Shown piece after piece: positions 1 to 8,402 of a DNA stretch of 64,000 bases; positions within the stretch are counted from its first letter, which is position 1; each line of letters starts with the position of its first letter. The notes below the pieces were generated by a model. The model saw only the letters and a program-made list of their open reading frames with translations, was not told the DNA's origin and searched no databases. Source of the DNA: Escherichia phage 348Ecol098PP; the sequence record OR062947.1; one strand, given 5' to 3'. A program made the translations under genes and the position numbers.

Positions 1-1
1 T

Positions 2-532
2 ATGATTACTATTGGTGAAATCCTTCGTGTATCTCCTGCTTCTCGTTCTAAAGCTGCAGGTCGTCTGGTTGAAGTAGCAGGGCTTCGTACTAACGGCATG
101 GGACGTGTTAAAGAAGTTAAAGTTCGAATCATCCCCAGTTTTGGCGGACAAGATGCCCAGTATGCTTACGTAAGTCCTAAATTCCTGGAAAAACATATAC
201 GAGTCCAATTTGCTTCAAGCGAAGAAGTTGCACCTGCACACTTTGCTTCTGTTGAAGAAGTTGAATCACGTGATGGATACGTATGTGAATCCACTGAGCC
301 TAATGTACAGTTCAAATGGGCCCTTTGCAAAGGCGTTGAATTTATAACCGATAAAGAATTTGATTACATCGACGAATACGGTTATCCAAGCAAAACTGAT
401 ACTATGTGCGGCTTCATCAGCGACCAATGGGTTGAAGATGGTAAAAAGCTATACAATATTGTATTCTTAGGTGACTTCCGAGTTGTTGAAGAATCTGAAA
501 TCACTCGCTATGTGTCTCCACGTAAAGCTTAA
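2..532 (+). CDS. hypothetical early protein, tandem paralog A
   Basis: 176-aa ORF, ATG at 2; shares SxASRSKxAGxLVEV and GFISDQWVEDGxKLYNIVFxGxF motifs with the adjacent ORF 542-961; its promoter would lie upstream of the window. Confidence 0.5.
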   Translation: MITIGEILRVSPASRSKAAGRLVEVAGLRTNGMGRVKEVKVRIIPSFGGQDAQYAYVSPKFLEKHIRVQFASSEEVAPAHFASVEEVESRDGYVCESTEPNVQFKWALCKGVEFITDKEFDYIDEYGYPSKTDTMCGFISDQWVEDGKKLYNIVFLGDFRVVEESEITRYVSPRKA

Positions 533-541
533 GGAATTATT

Positions 542-961
542 ATGAATATTGCAAATCTCTCTATTGGTGATTATGTACACGTATCGGATGCTTCTCGCTC
601 TAAAGTTGCTGGTAAGTTGGTCGAAGTTCTTTCTGTGAGTGATCCGGTTTTTGGACGTAACGAAGTTAAAGTTAGTGACGCCGATGGTAACATTGGTTAC
701 GTTAAAAGCCAGTTCATCGAGCCAGAAGAACGCGCGTTCAAATGGAAACTGGGCAGATCAGTTTTAGTTGTAAAAGACTACGAGTTCACCATTGCCGCTG
801 CGACAGATGGAACACCGTGGACAACGAATCAAGTTGCTGGTTTTATTTCGGACCAATGGGTAGAAGATGGTGTTAAGCTTTATAACATCGTTTTCGCTGG
901 ACAGTTCATGGTAGTTCCTGAGTTCCAAATCAAAAAATATTGTCCAGCATCTTTTGCATAA
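542..961 (+). CDS. hypothetical early protein, tandem paralog B
   Basis: 139-aa ORF, RBS aagga upstream; clear paralog of ORF 2-532. Confidence 0.55.
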   Translation: MNIANLSIGDYVHVSDASRSKVAGKLVEVLSVSDPVFGRNEVKVSDADGNIGYVKSQFIEPEERAFKWKLGRSVLVVKDYEFTIAAATDGTPWTTNQVAGFISDQWVEDGVKLYNIVFAGQFMVVPEFQIKKYCPASFA

Positions 962-965
962 AGTT

Positions 966-1013
966 GTTTACTTCTCCTCTGGATTTGGTATTATATCCAT
1001 ATCAACCAGAGGA
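966..1013 (+). promoter_or_regulatory. T4-type early promoter inside a stem-loop
   Basis: GTTTAC at 966-971, 17-nt spacer, tattat at 989-994; 9-bp inverted repeat ctcctctgg (974-982) / ccagaggag (1005-1013) brackets the -10. Confidence 0.5.
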
Positions 1014-1020
1014 GAATAAT

Positions 1021-1545
1021 ATGTTAGTTTACCGCGTAGAACGTAGTTTTTGTACTCAACGTGAATCATTACCAGGAATTGCTATCAAAGACGGTAAAGC
1101 CGTCAGAATTTGGGAAACCTCTTGGAATAAAGAACCTCGTTCGCCATACGGTTGGTCGGGCACCGACAACTCTGAAGAAACATGGGAGTTCCTTGATAAG
1201 CATGGAATACTCTCAGGTAACTTCTACCATCATGGCGACAACTATAATGTCCCTAATCGTCCTACAGTAAATGAAGACAAACTCCTTGAACAAAATATCT
1301 TAAGATACTATAGAATTGATCACTCATTTGAATTGAGTGAAGATTGGGCCCAAGGGTTCTATTTTGGATTTGAAAGTGTTGACGCGGTTTATGCATGGTT
1401 TGATGACCAGGTGGATGTTGAACTCTTGAAAGCTAAAGGATACTACATCGCGGTCTATGAAGCGCCTGATTTCATCCTCGGAAGTTGTCAATTAATGTTC
1501 AGACGTTCATTGGCAGAACAAGTTGATTTTATTTTGCTAAAATGA
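1021..1545 (+). CDS. hypothetical early protein
   Basis: ATG at 1021 preceded by gaggag RBS; the track ORF 940-1545 begins with a non-ATG codon inside the promoter, so the start is trimmed to 1021. Confidence 0.55.
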   Translation: MLVYRVERSFCTQRESLPGIAIKDGKAVRIWETSWNKEPRSPYGWSGTDNSEETWEFLDKHGILSGNFYHHGDNYNVPNRPTVNEDKLLEQNILRYYRIDHSFELSEDWAQGFYFGFESVDAVYAWFDDQVDVELLKAKGYYIAVYEAPDFILGSCQLMFRRSLAEQVDFILLK

Positions 1546-1582
1546 TGTACAACAACTATGGTCTATGATACTATAGACCTAT
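1545..1582 (+). promoter_or_regulatory. early-promoter-like element with inverted repeat
   Basis: ATGTAC -35-like at 1545-1550, tatgatactatag -10 region; inverted repeat ggtctat/atagacc at 1557-1581. Confidence 0.35.
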
Positions 1583-1602
1583 CAAAACAAGAGGAGAATA
1601 TT

Positions 1603-1830
1603 ATGAAACGTCAAATCATTAAAAACGTAACTACTGATTCAAACATCGATGAGTTTGAAGATGTTCTGTTTAATCCTGATTTAGTTGTTGTACAGAAAAA
1701 CTGGACTGAATTTTTATGCTACACTGAAGTGGTTTACGTTTACGAAAAACTAGGCGATGAAATGCCTATCTATGGTATCTTCCGTGAAATCACTGAAAAT
1801 GGTACAACTTATTGGAAGGAAACTTACTAA
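1603..1830 (+). CDS. hypothetical early protein
   Basis: ATG at 1603 after gaggag RBS; the upstream part of track ORF 1558 overlaps the promoter. Confidence 0.55.
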   Translation: MKRQIIKNVTTDSNIDEFEDVLFNPDLVVVQKNWTEFLCYTEVVYVYEKLGDEMPIYGIFREITENGTTYWKETY

Positions 1831-2243
1831 TGGCTAATAAATTCCGCGTTAACTCATGGTACCAATTTATAGATAAACGTGCCCAAGAAGAGTTTATTAA
1901 AGACCACACTGATAATGGGATTTATGCACGACGTCTTGGCATGGAACCATTTAAAGTATTAGATGTTGACCATCTCGGACGTCCTACTAAAATTTTAACA
2001 TCTACTGGCACGGTTGGATACGCAACAGGCGGTGATATCCTTGATGAAAACTTTATCTGGCTCTCCACGAATGAAGCAGAGTTCTTTGACGAAGTTGAAA
2101 ATCCATATCAAGCGTCCGAAGAGCAAGATTCTAGTGAACTTGACGAATTGTCTGAATTTCCGGTGATGACGATTACTATCGAAAATAACGACCAGGCATG
2201 GTCTTTGTATCAAATGTTGAAAGCCCACTTTAAGGAACAATAA
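1830..2243 (+). CDS. hypothetical acidic early protein
   Basis: ATG at 1830 overlaps the previous stop (TAATG); acidic C-terminus. Confidence 0.5.
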   Translation: MANKFRVNSWYQFIDKRAQEEFIKDHTDNGIYARRLGMEPFKVLDVDHLGRPTKILTSTGTVGYATGGDILDENFIWLSTNEAEFFDEVENPYQASEEQDSSELDELSEFPVMTITIENNDQAWSLYQMLKAHFKEQ

Positions 2244-2422
2244 TGCCGTTATACGACTATAAATGTCAATCTGAAGATTGTGGTCATGAATATGAAAAAA
2301 TTAAAAGGATTTCTGAACGAGAAAACGATGTTTGCCCTGAATGTCATCGTCTGTCTACTCGTCGGGTTTCTGCTCCTAAACATGTGAACGGTGGTTTTTA
2401 CGACTTACTTAAGAAGGGTTAA
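2243..2422 (+). CDS. small zinc-ribbon protein (CxxC...CxxC)
   Basis: 59-aa [40 protein letters not shown]..., start overlaps the upstream stop (TAATG); below the ORF-track size cutoff. Confidence 0.45.
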   Translation: MPLYDYKCQSEDCGHEYEKIKRISERENDVCPECHRLSTRRVSAPKHVNGGFYDLLKKG

Positions 2423-2424
2423 TT

Positions 2425-2850
2425 ATGGCTTTTAAAGGTTTTGAAGTTGGTAAGAAATATCGTATTATCAAAGGACAGGAAGATAATTTCTTGAGAATTC
2501 TTAATACGACTGGTAAGCGTCTTAATACTAATCTGCATACTACTTTATTGTCCAAAGATTTTATTGTGGAAGAGATGATTGGTTACGGCGTTTCGGTTAT
2601 TGCTGTAGAAGCCGTAGGCGATTATGGCCGAACTATTCATAGTATGCAAGGTGATATTCTGCTTTATGGTGCAGAATTTAAATTCTTTGAAGAAGTTCCG
2701 GAACCAGATACAGCTGTCGATTTCAAAAAAGGCTCTATAGAATTTGTTGATGGTTCGGTGATCGTATCAGGCGATGTGGTCATTACAGTTAAAAGTGAAC
2801 AAGGGCGTTTAGCTGCAATTGATGCACTTCAGAAAATTAAATTTAAATAA
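2425..2850 (+). CDS. hypothetical early protein
   Basis: 141-aa ORF followed directly by a terminator hairpin. Confidence 0.55.
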   Translation: MAFKGFEVGKKYRIIKGQEDNFLRILNTTGKRLNTNLHTTLLSKDFIVEEMIGYGVSVIAVEAVGDYGRTIHSMQGDILLYGAEFKFFEEVPEPDTAVDFKKGSIEFVDGSVIVSGDVVITVKSEQGRLAAIDALQKIKFK

Positions 2851-2868
2851 GGGCTTCGGCCCTTTTTG
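2851..2868 (+). terminator. rho-independent terminator (UUCG tetraloop)
   Basis: gggcTTCGgccc followed by ttttt. Confidence 0.6.
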
Positions 2869-2891
2869 CTTTAGATTTCGGATGATAGAAT
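2867..2891 (+). promoter_or_regulatory. putative MotA-dependent middle promoter for gene 39
   Basis: MotA-box-like tgcttta at 2867-2873, 12-nt spacer, tagaat at 2886-2891, 22 nt before the gene 39 ATG. Confidence 0.35.
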
Positions 2892-2913
2892 ACCTTCATA
2901 ACGAGGAGACAAC

Positions 2914-4731
2914 ATGATTAAAAATGAAATTAAGGTATTGTCAGATGTAGAACATATTAAGAAACGTAGTGGTATGTATATTGGTTCTTCTGCTAAAGAA
3001 GCACATGAGCGTTTTTTGTTTGGTAAATATCAACAAGTTGAATATGTTCCTGGTCTGGTTAAATTAATCGATGAGATTATTGACAACTCGGTTGATGAAG
3101 CTATTCGTACATCATTTAAGTTTGCAAATAAAATTGATGTGCAAATTAAAAATAATCAAGTTTCGGTGGAAGATAACGGACGTGGTATTCCTCAAGGTTT
3201 AGTTACCGACCAAACAGGTGAACAAATTCCTGGGCCTGTAGCAGCCTGGACTATTCCAAAGGCCGGTGGTAACTTTGGTGATGACTCTGAACGCAAGACT
3301 GGTGGTATGAACGGCGTCGGGAGTAGTTTAACTAATATCTTCTCTACGTTGTTTACAGGCATCACGTCAGATGGCGAAAATGAAATCACTGTTAACTGTT
3401 CAAACGGAATGGAAAACAAATCATGGTCTTCTAAGAAATCTAAAGGTAAAGGCACTAAAGTAATCTTCACTCCTGATTTCACTTCATTTGAAGAGCATAA
3501 TTTATCTCAAATTTATTTAGATATTACTTTAGACCGACTTCAAACATTGGCAGTCGTTTATCCTGATATCAAGTTCACATTTAATGGTAAAAAGGTTGAT
3601 GGTAATTTTAAACGATTTGCTAAACAATTTGGTGAAGATAACATCATTCAAGAAAATGATAAAGTCTCTATAGCATTCACAACATCACCAGATGGCTTCC
3701 GTCATTTAACTTATGTGAATAACATCCATACTAAAAATGGTGGCCATCATGTTGAATGTGTAATGGATGATATCTGCGAACATCTTTTGCCCGGTATTAA
3801 AAAGAAATATAAGGGTATTGAAGTCACTAAAGCTCGTGTTAAAGAATGCCTCACAATGTTGATGTTTATTAGAGACATGAGCAACATGCGTTTTGATTCT
3901 CAGACTAAAGAACGTTTAACGTCAACGTATGGTGATATTCGTAATCATATCCAATTAGATGCTAAGAAAATTGCTCAGGCACTTCTTAAAAACGAAGCCT
4001 TGATTATGCCTATTGTTGAAGCCGCATTAGCTCGTAAATTGGCGGCAGAAAAGGCTGCAGAAACTAAAGCAGCTAAAAAGGCAACTAAAGCTAAGGTTCA
4101 TAAACATATTAAAGCTAACCAATGTGGTAAAGATGCAGATACGACATTGTTCTTAACAGAAGGTGATTCTGCAATTGGTTATCTCATTGATGTTCGTGAC
4201 CGTGAACTACACGGCGGATTCCCATTACGTGGTAAGGTGATGAATAGCTGGGGTATGTCATATGCTGATATGATGAAGAACAAAGAGCTCTTTGATATCT
4301 GTGCTATCACGGGTCTTATTCTTGGTGAAAAGGCAGAGAATACGAACTATCGTAATATTGCAATTATGACCGATGCCGATCATGACGGTCTTGGAAGTAT
4401 CTATCCGGCTTTGCTTGCTTTCTTTAGTAATTGGCCTGAATTGTTTGAACAAGGACGTATTCGCTTTGTTAAAACACCTGTAATTATTGCACAAATTGGC
4501 AAAGCTCAAAAATGGTTTTATACTGTAGCTGAGTATGAAGAAGTTAAAGATACACTGCCTAAGCATAGTATTCGATACATCAAGGGATTAGGCTCCCTTG
4601 AAAAGTCAGAATATCGTGAAATGATTCAGAACCCTGTGTACGACGTAGTTAAACTTCCTGAAAATTGGAAAGAACTCTTTGAAATGTTGATGGGTGATGA
4701 TTCAGAACTTCGTAAAGAATGGATGTCCTAA
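2914..4731 (+). CDS. 39: DNA topoisomerase II large subunit, uninterrupted (T4 gp39 plus gp60 equivalent)
   Basis: 605-aa ORF with GHKL ATPase and Toprim motifs (NGRGIP, DADHDG); single ORF as recalled for T2-type phages, not split as in T4. Confidence 0.9.
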   Translation: MIKNEIKVLSDVEHIKKRSGMYIGSSAKEAHERFLFGKYQQVEYVPGLVKLIDEIIDNSVDEAIRTSFKFANKIDVQIKNNQVSVEDNGRGIPQGLVTDQTGEQIPGPVAAWTIPKAGGNFGDDSERKTGGMNGVGSSLTNIFSTLFTGITSDGENEITVNCSNGMENKSWSSKKSKGKGTKVIFTPDFTSFEEHNLSQIYLDITLDRLQTLAVVYPDIKFTFNGKKVDGNFKRFAKQFGEDNIIQENDKVSIAFTTSPDGFRHLTYVNNIHTKNGGHHVECVMDDICEHLLPGIKKKYKGIEVTKARVKECLTMLMFIRDMSNMRFDSQTKERLTSTYGDIRNHIQLDAKKIAQALLKNEALIMPIVEAALARKLAAEKAAETKAAKKATKAKVHKHIKANQCGKDADTTLFLTEGDSAIGYLIDVRDRELHGGFPLRGKVMNSWGMSYADMMKNKELFDICAITGLILGEKAENTNYRNIAIMTDADHDGLGSIYPALLAFFSNWPELFEQGRIRFVKTPVIIAQIGKAQKWFYTVAEYEEVKDTLPKHSIRYIKGLGSLEKSEYREMIQNPVYDVVKLPENWKELFEMLMGDDSELRKEWMS

Positions 4732-4756
4732 GCTCCTTCGGGAGCTTCATTTTAAT
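4731..4756 (+). terminator. rho-independent terminator
   Basis: agctccTTCGggagct followed by a T-rich tract. Confidence 0.55.
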
Positions 4757-4773
4757 TTTAATAAGGCTTAATT

Positions 4774-5874
4774 ATGAAAGTTATGTTTATCCCATCTCGT
4801 GCAGTCCCATTTAACCCAGAACGTGTACAAGGTGGTCTTGAAGCAGTACATTTAAATGTGTTGAAATATCTTGTGTCCATCGGTGCTGATATTGATTATA
4901 TCGGCTTTGATAATGACACATTTGGTGATTGGAAGGTTAATCATCATCCTGTTGGTCATCTGACTAAATTCAGTCTAGGTATGAGTTATACTATGGCTCG
5001 TAAGATTGTTGAACTGGCCGGCATCCATGAATACGATTTTGTTGTTACTATGGAACCGACTAAACTAACCGTTCAGGCAATTAAAGACGCAGGTCTCTCT
5101 AAAGTTCATAAGAATTTTATGGCAACACCATTTGAACCTGTATCTCGTGGCATTGTTCAAATTTGGGACCAGACTATTCAAATTCATAAGAATGGCGGTA
5201 AGAGTTATGCTCCTACTAAAGCCTTCCGTGAATTTGAACGCAAATATTGTTATATGACTTCAGGTCTGACTGACAAAATCGATTATGATTATTGGCGAGC
5301 AAATCCGTTGTTTGAAGCCGAAGATTATCCGGTTATTTGTTTGAATGAGAAACCTGAAGTTCTTCCGGCGACGGATCTGATTATTAGTGCACAACGTTAT
5401 GACACTAAAATGCGTCGTACTGATGTTGCTCTTGAAGCGATTAAAGCACTAGGCGAAAATGGTGCAGGATACTGTCCAAGCAAATGGGCGCCACCAGCTA
5501 AATATCCTGTTATTATCGATGCTCCACACAGTGAAATCATGGAACGTCTTAAAACAGCTAAAGCACTTATTAATACGTGTCCTGACACAGGTACGGTAGA
5601 GAATAGTTCTATTGAAGCCATCTCTAAAGGTGTCCCTGTAATCCAGTTAGTTTTTAAGGATTATCCTCATGCGACATTCGAATACGACCCAGATACTGTG
5701 CGTGTAGAAATTGATTCCTCTACTCCTAAGAAAGAAGTAGTTGCGCTTTACACAAAAGCTGTATTAGAATTCACTGACACATACGAAGCTCGAGTTAAAC
5801 GTGCTGAAGCAGTATGGAAGAAGTATAACCGAGATGCAGTTGTTGCGATGTGGGATAAAATCTTCACAGCGTAA
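4774..5874 (+). CDS. putative GT-B fold glycosyltransferase (family 1/4-like)
   Basis: 366-aa ORF; N-terminal MFIPSRAVPFNPERVQGGLEAVHLNVLKYL resembles the GT4 GG-x-E start, C-terminal TGTVENSSIEAISKGVPVI resembles the EA-x-G-PVI nucleotide-sugar motif; function inferred. Confidence 0.5.
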   Translation: MKVMFIPSRAVPFNPERVQGGLEAVHLNVLKYLVSIGADIDYIGFDNDTFGDWKVNHHPVGHLTKFSLGMSYTMARKIVELAGIHEYDFVVTMEPTKLTVQAIKDAGLSKVHKNFMATPFEPVSRGIVQIWDQTIQIHKNGGKSYAPTKAFREFERKYCYMTSGLTDKIDYDYWRANPLFEAEDYPVICLNEKPEVLPATDLIISAQRYDTKMRRTDVALEAIKALGENGAGYCPSKWAPPAKYPVIIDAPHSEIMERLKTAKALINTCPDTGTVENSSIEAISKGVPVIQLVFKDYPHATFEYDPDTVRVEIDSSTPKKEVVALYTKAVLEFTDTYEARVKRAEAVWKKYNRDAVVAMWDKIFTA

Positions 5875-5966
5875 ATCCTGAATAGCCTGAGGCACTATTA
5901 CACATAAGATGATAGATTATATGGTCTTTAGTAATAGTGCCCTAGGAATCTACTGAAGAGAATATT

Positions 5967-6167
5967 ATGAGAACATATAACGTGGACTTGGAACTTTTTG
6001 ATAAAGCGGTGCTCCGGGAATTCCGGCTTATCCAAAGATTTTTTGATATCGAATCAGCAGAGTCCTTTAAAGAACGCTTTAAAGAAATTCGATATAAAAT
6101 ACAAACCGATACAGCTACTAAAGAAGAACTTCTCGAAGTAGCAGAAATTTTTAAACGTAACTTGTGA
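5967..6167 (+). CDS. small protein upstream of rIIA (rIIA.1-like by position)
   Basis: 66-aa ORF with gaagag RBS, immediately upstream of rIIA. Confidence 0.5.
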   Translation: MRTYNVDLELFDKAVLREFRLIQRFFDIESAESFKERFKEIRYKIQTDTATKEELLEVAEIFKRNL

Positions 6168-6179
6168 TGAGAGAAAAAT

Positions 6180-8393
6180 ATGATTATTGAAACGGCTAAA
6201 GAAACGATTATTGGTTCAGGCGGTAAGAGCACAGCATTCACTATTCAAGGCAATAGCAAAGTTTATAAGATTTTGTCTAATGACCTTTATACAAACAAAG
6301 AATTGGCTTGTGTACGTGAATTAATCACAAACTGTATCGATGGACAAATTCTTAACGGTTGCACTGATAAGTTTATTGTTCAGGCTCCAGGTCGTTTAGA
6401 CCCACGTTTTGTAGTTCGAGACTTTGGTCCTGGTATGAGTGATTTCACCATTCGAGGTAATGACGAAGAGCCAGGAATCTATAACTCATATTTTGCTTCA
6501 ACTAAAACATCGAGTAATGATTTCATTGGTGGATTCGGACTCGGCTCTAAAGCTCCACTAGCATATACCGATACGTTTAACCTTACGTCTTATCACAACG
6601 GTGAAGTTCGTGGTTACGTAATCTACCAAGATGACACAGGTCCACAAATTAAGCCAACCTTTGTAGATAAGATGGGTCCTGATGACCGTACGGGTGTAGA
6701 AGTAGTTGTACCGGTTAACCCAGAAGATTTTGAAAAGTTCGCATCTGAAATTGCATATGTTATGCGTCCTCTAGGTGATATTGCAGAAGTTCGCGGTGTT
6801 AAAGATATTAAATACTTTCCTGAATTTGACGATGTATATTTGGCCAAGGAAGCTCCATGGGGTGAACGTGGTAATATCATGGCCGTTTATGGTGGTATTG
6901 TATATCCAATCGGAAGTGTTATTAAAGAACAAACATGGATGATGACACGATGCACTACAGCTTATATTAAATTCCCAATGGGTGAACTAGATGTTGCTCC
7001 GTCTCGCGAAGCATTGTCATTTGATAAACGTACAGTAGCAAATATCCATAAACGCGTTGCAGAAATCGATGCTAAATTGTTCGCTGAAGATTCTAAGAAA
7101 TGGATTGATTGTAAATACCCACGACATGTGTTCCGCGAAATTGATTCTCTTGGCTATACCGCTCGTAAATACATGGAAAAGGCCGGGTCTAATATTGAAT
7201 CACTGAAATACTCTAAAGAACAACTAACTTATTCTGAGTTGTACAAACGTTTTAAAATGGGACCTGAGTGGTGTAATCTTGGTGTCGTATACGATATCGT
7301 TGAATCCCCTCGTCTTCGTCGTATTCGTGAAAGTGGTAGCTCATCATCAACCATTTCAATTAACAGCCTGATTGGCATTAACATTAAAAACGTTGAAATT
7401 GTTATTGACGATGTTAAGGGACGCGTTCCATTAATGCGAGCTCTTAATTCAATTGAAATGTCTAAAGACGAGGTTAAATTATCCGGTAAAGTTCCACGCG
7501 GTTTTGGTAAAAGCGTACTATTCGTTGACCCTACAGACGAAGATGCAATGAAACTTCTGGAACGCCTTAAAGTTATCTTTGATGGCGACAACATTAACAT
7601 ATACAAGACTTCAGAGCTTTTACAAATCGTTAAGCCATGGATTGAAGTCAGGAAACGGACTAATGAGCCTCGTCCTAAATCCCCGAGTGCTCATCGATTC
7701 TTTAAGAATGAAAACGATGTTTGGGTATCAGAAGACCTCTTTATTCCGGCAAGTGAAGCAGATGAAATCCAAGGTTATGCTATAGTTCGTAATCGTTCTA
7801 ATGCTGAATGTCTTGACGCAGATAAAGGTTGGTTGAACTATGACTCCAATTTCTTGACCCGTATTGCTGATTTGTCAGGTATTAAAGAGTTCACTGTAGT
7901 TCGTCCACAGATTGCTAAGAAAGTTCGTAAACTTGGTGAAGTAGAATGCTTGTTCGAAAAATCAATTAATGACTATATTACGCTAATTGATAAAGTGGAT
8001 TATGATGAGTATGTATCACCAAGTCGTAGAGCACAGCCTTATTTGAATCATATTACTCGTAACGAAGAGCTTAACTTCCTTAGTAAGTATTTTAGCTCTA
8101 AGAACAAAGAAATCAGTAAAGACTTTGCAAAACTCTCAACAGTAAATAATCGTTGGGGATGGAATCGATTCGCAGGTGCTACTAATACAGACCTGAATAA
8201 GAAGTTAGAATTGTGTGCTAAAATTTTCGATAAGCTTAAAGATAATGCTTACGATAATGATGATAAAATGGTTATTGAATTCGAAACCAATTATCATATT
8301 GTGTCAGAATACATGGGACGACGTGGTACTCTTTCCAAAGAACAGGTCGCTCAAATCGTTAAATTCGTGAAGGCCGTGGAAGCGGCCAAATAA
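6180..8393 (+). CDS. rIIA: rIIA membrane-associated protector protein
   Basis: 737-aa ORF; N-terminus MIIETAKETIIGSGGKS...LYTNK...RELITNCIDG matches the recalled T4 rIIA start with its GHKL-like ATPase motif. Confidence 0.85.
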   Translation: MIIETAKETIIGSGGKSTAFTIQGNSKVYKILSNDLYTNKELACVRELITNCIDGQILNGCTDKFIVQAPGRLDPRFVVRDFGPGMSDFTIRGNDEEPGIYNSYFASTKTSSNDFIGGFGLGSKAPLAYTDTFNLTSYHNGEVRGYVIYQDDTGPQIKPTFVDKMGPDDRTGVEVVVPVNPEDFEKFASEIAYVMRPLGDIAEVRGVKDIKYFPEFDDVYLAKEAPWGERGNIMAVYGGIVYPIGSVIKEQTWMMTRCTTAYIKFPMGELDVAPSREALSFDKRTVANIHKRVAEIDAKLFAEDSKKWIDCKYPRHVFREIDSLGYTARKYMEKAGSNIESLKYSKEQLTYSELYKRFKMGPEWCNLGVVYDIVESPRLRRIRESGSSSSTISINSLIGINIKNVEIVIDDVKGRVPLMRALNSIEMSKDEVKLSGKVPRGFGKSVLFVDPTDEDAMKLLERLKVIFDGDNINIYKTSELLQIVKPWIEVRKRTNEPRPKSPSAHRFFKNENDVWVSEDLFIPASEADEIQGYAIVRNRSNAECLDADKGWLNYDSNFLTRIADLSGIKEFTVVRPQIAKKVRKLGEVECLFEKSINDYITLIDKVDYDEYVSPSRRAQPYLNHITRNEELNFLSKYFSSKNKEISKDFAKLSTVNNRWGWNRFAGATNTDLNKKLELCAKIFDKLKDNAYDNDDKMVIEFETNYHIVSEYMGRRGTLSKEQVAQIVKFVKAVEAAK

Positions 8394-8402
8394 GGAAACA
8401 TT

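Noticed and set aside
940-1545. Long 5' extensions of track ORFs (940, 1558, 1812, 9552, 15269, 27258, 31197, 36383, 40282, 45795, 49267, 52303, 54642, 62363)
   Set aside because: The extensions start at non-ATG codons or run through promoter and terminator sequences; internal ATGs with good RBS spacing and TAATG/ATGA coupling give protein sizes matching T4 orthologs.
3192-3482. Antisense ORFs inside confidently assigned genes (for example 3192-3482, 4258-4566, 6623-6880, 7229-7606, 17622-17936, 29469-30148, 45353-45711, 57946-58908)
   Set aside because: They lie within and opposite to, or out of frame with, well-supported genes (39, rIIA, 37, 32, cd, 29) and lack RBS or promoter context; treated as shadow ORFs.
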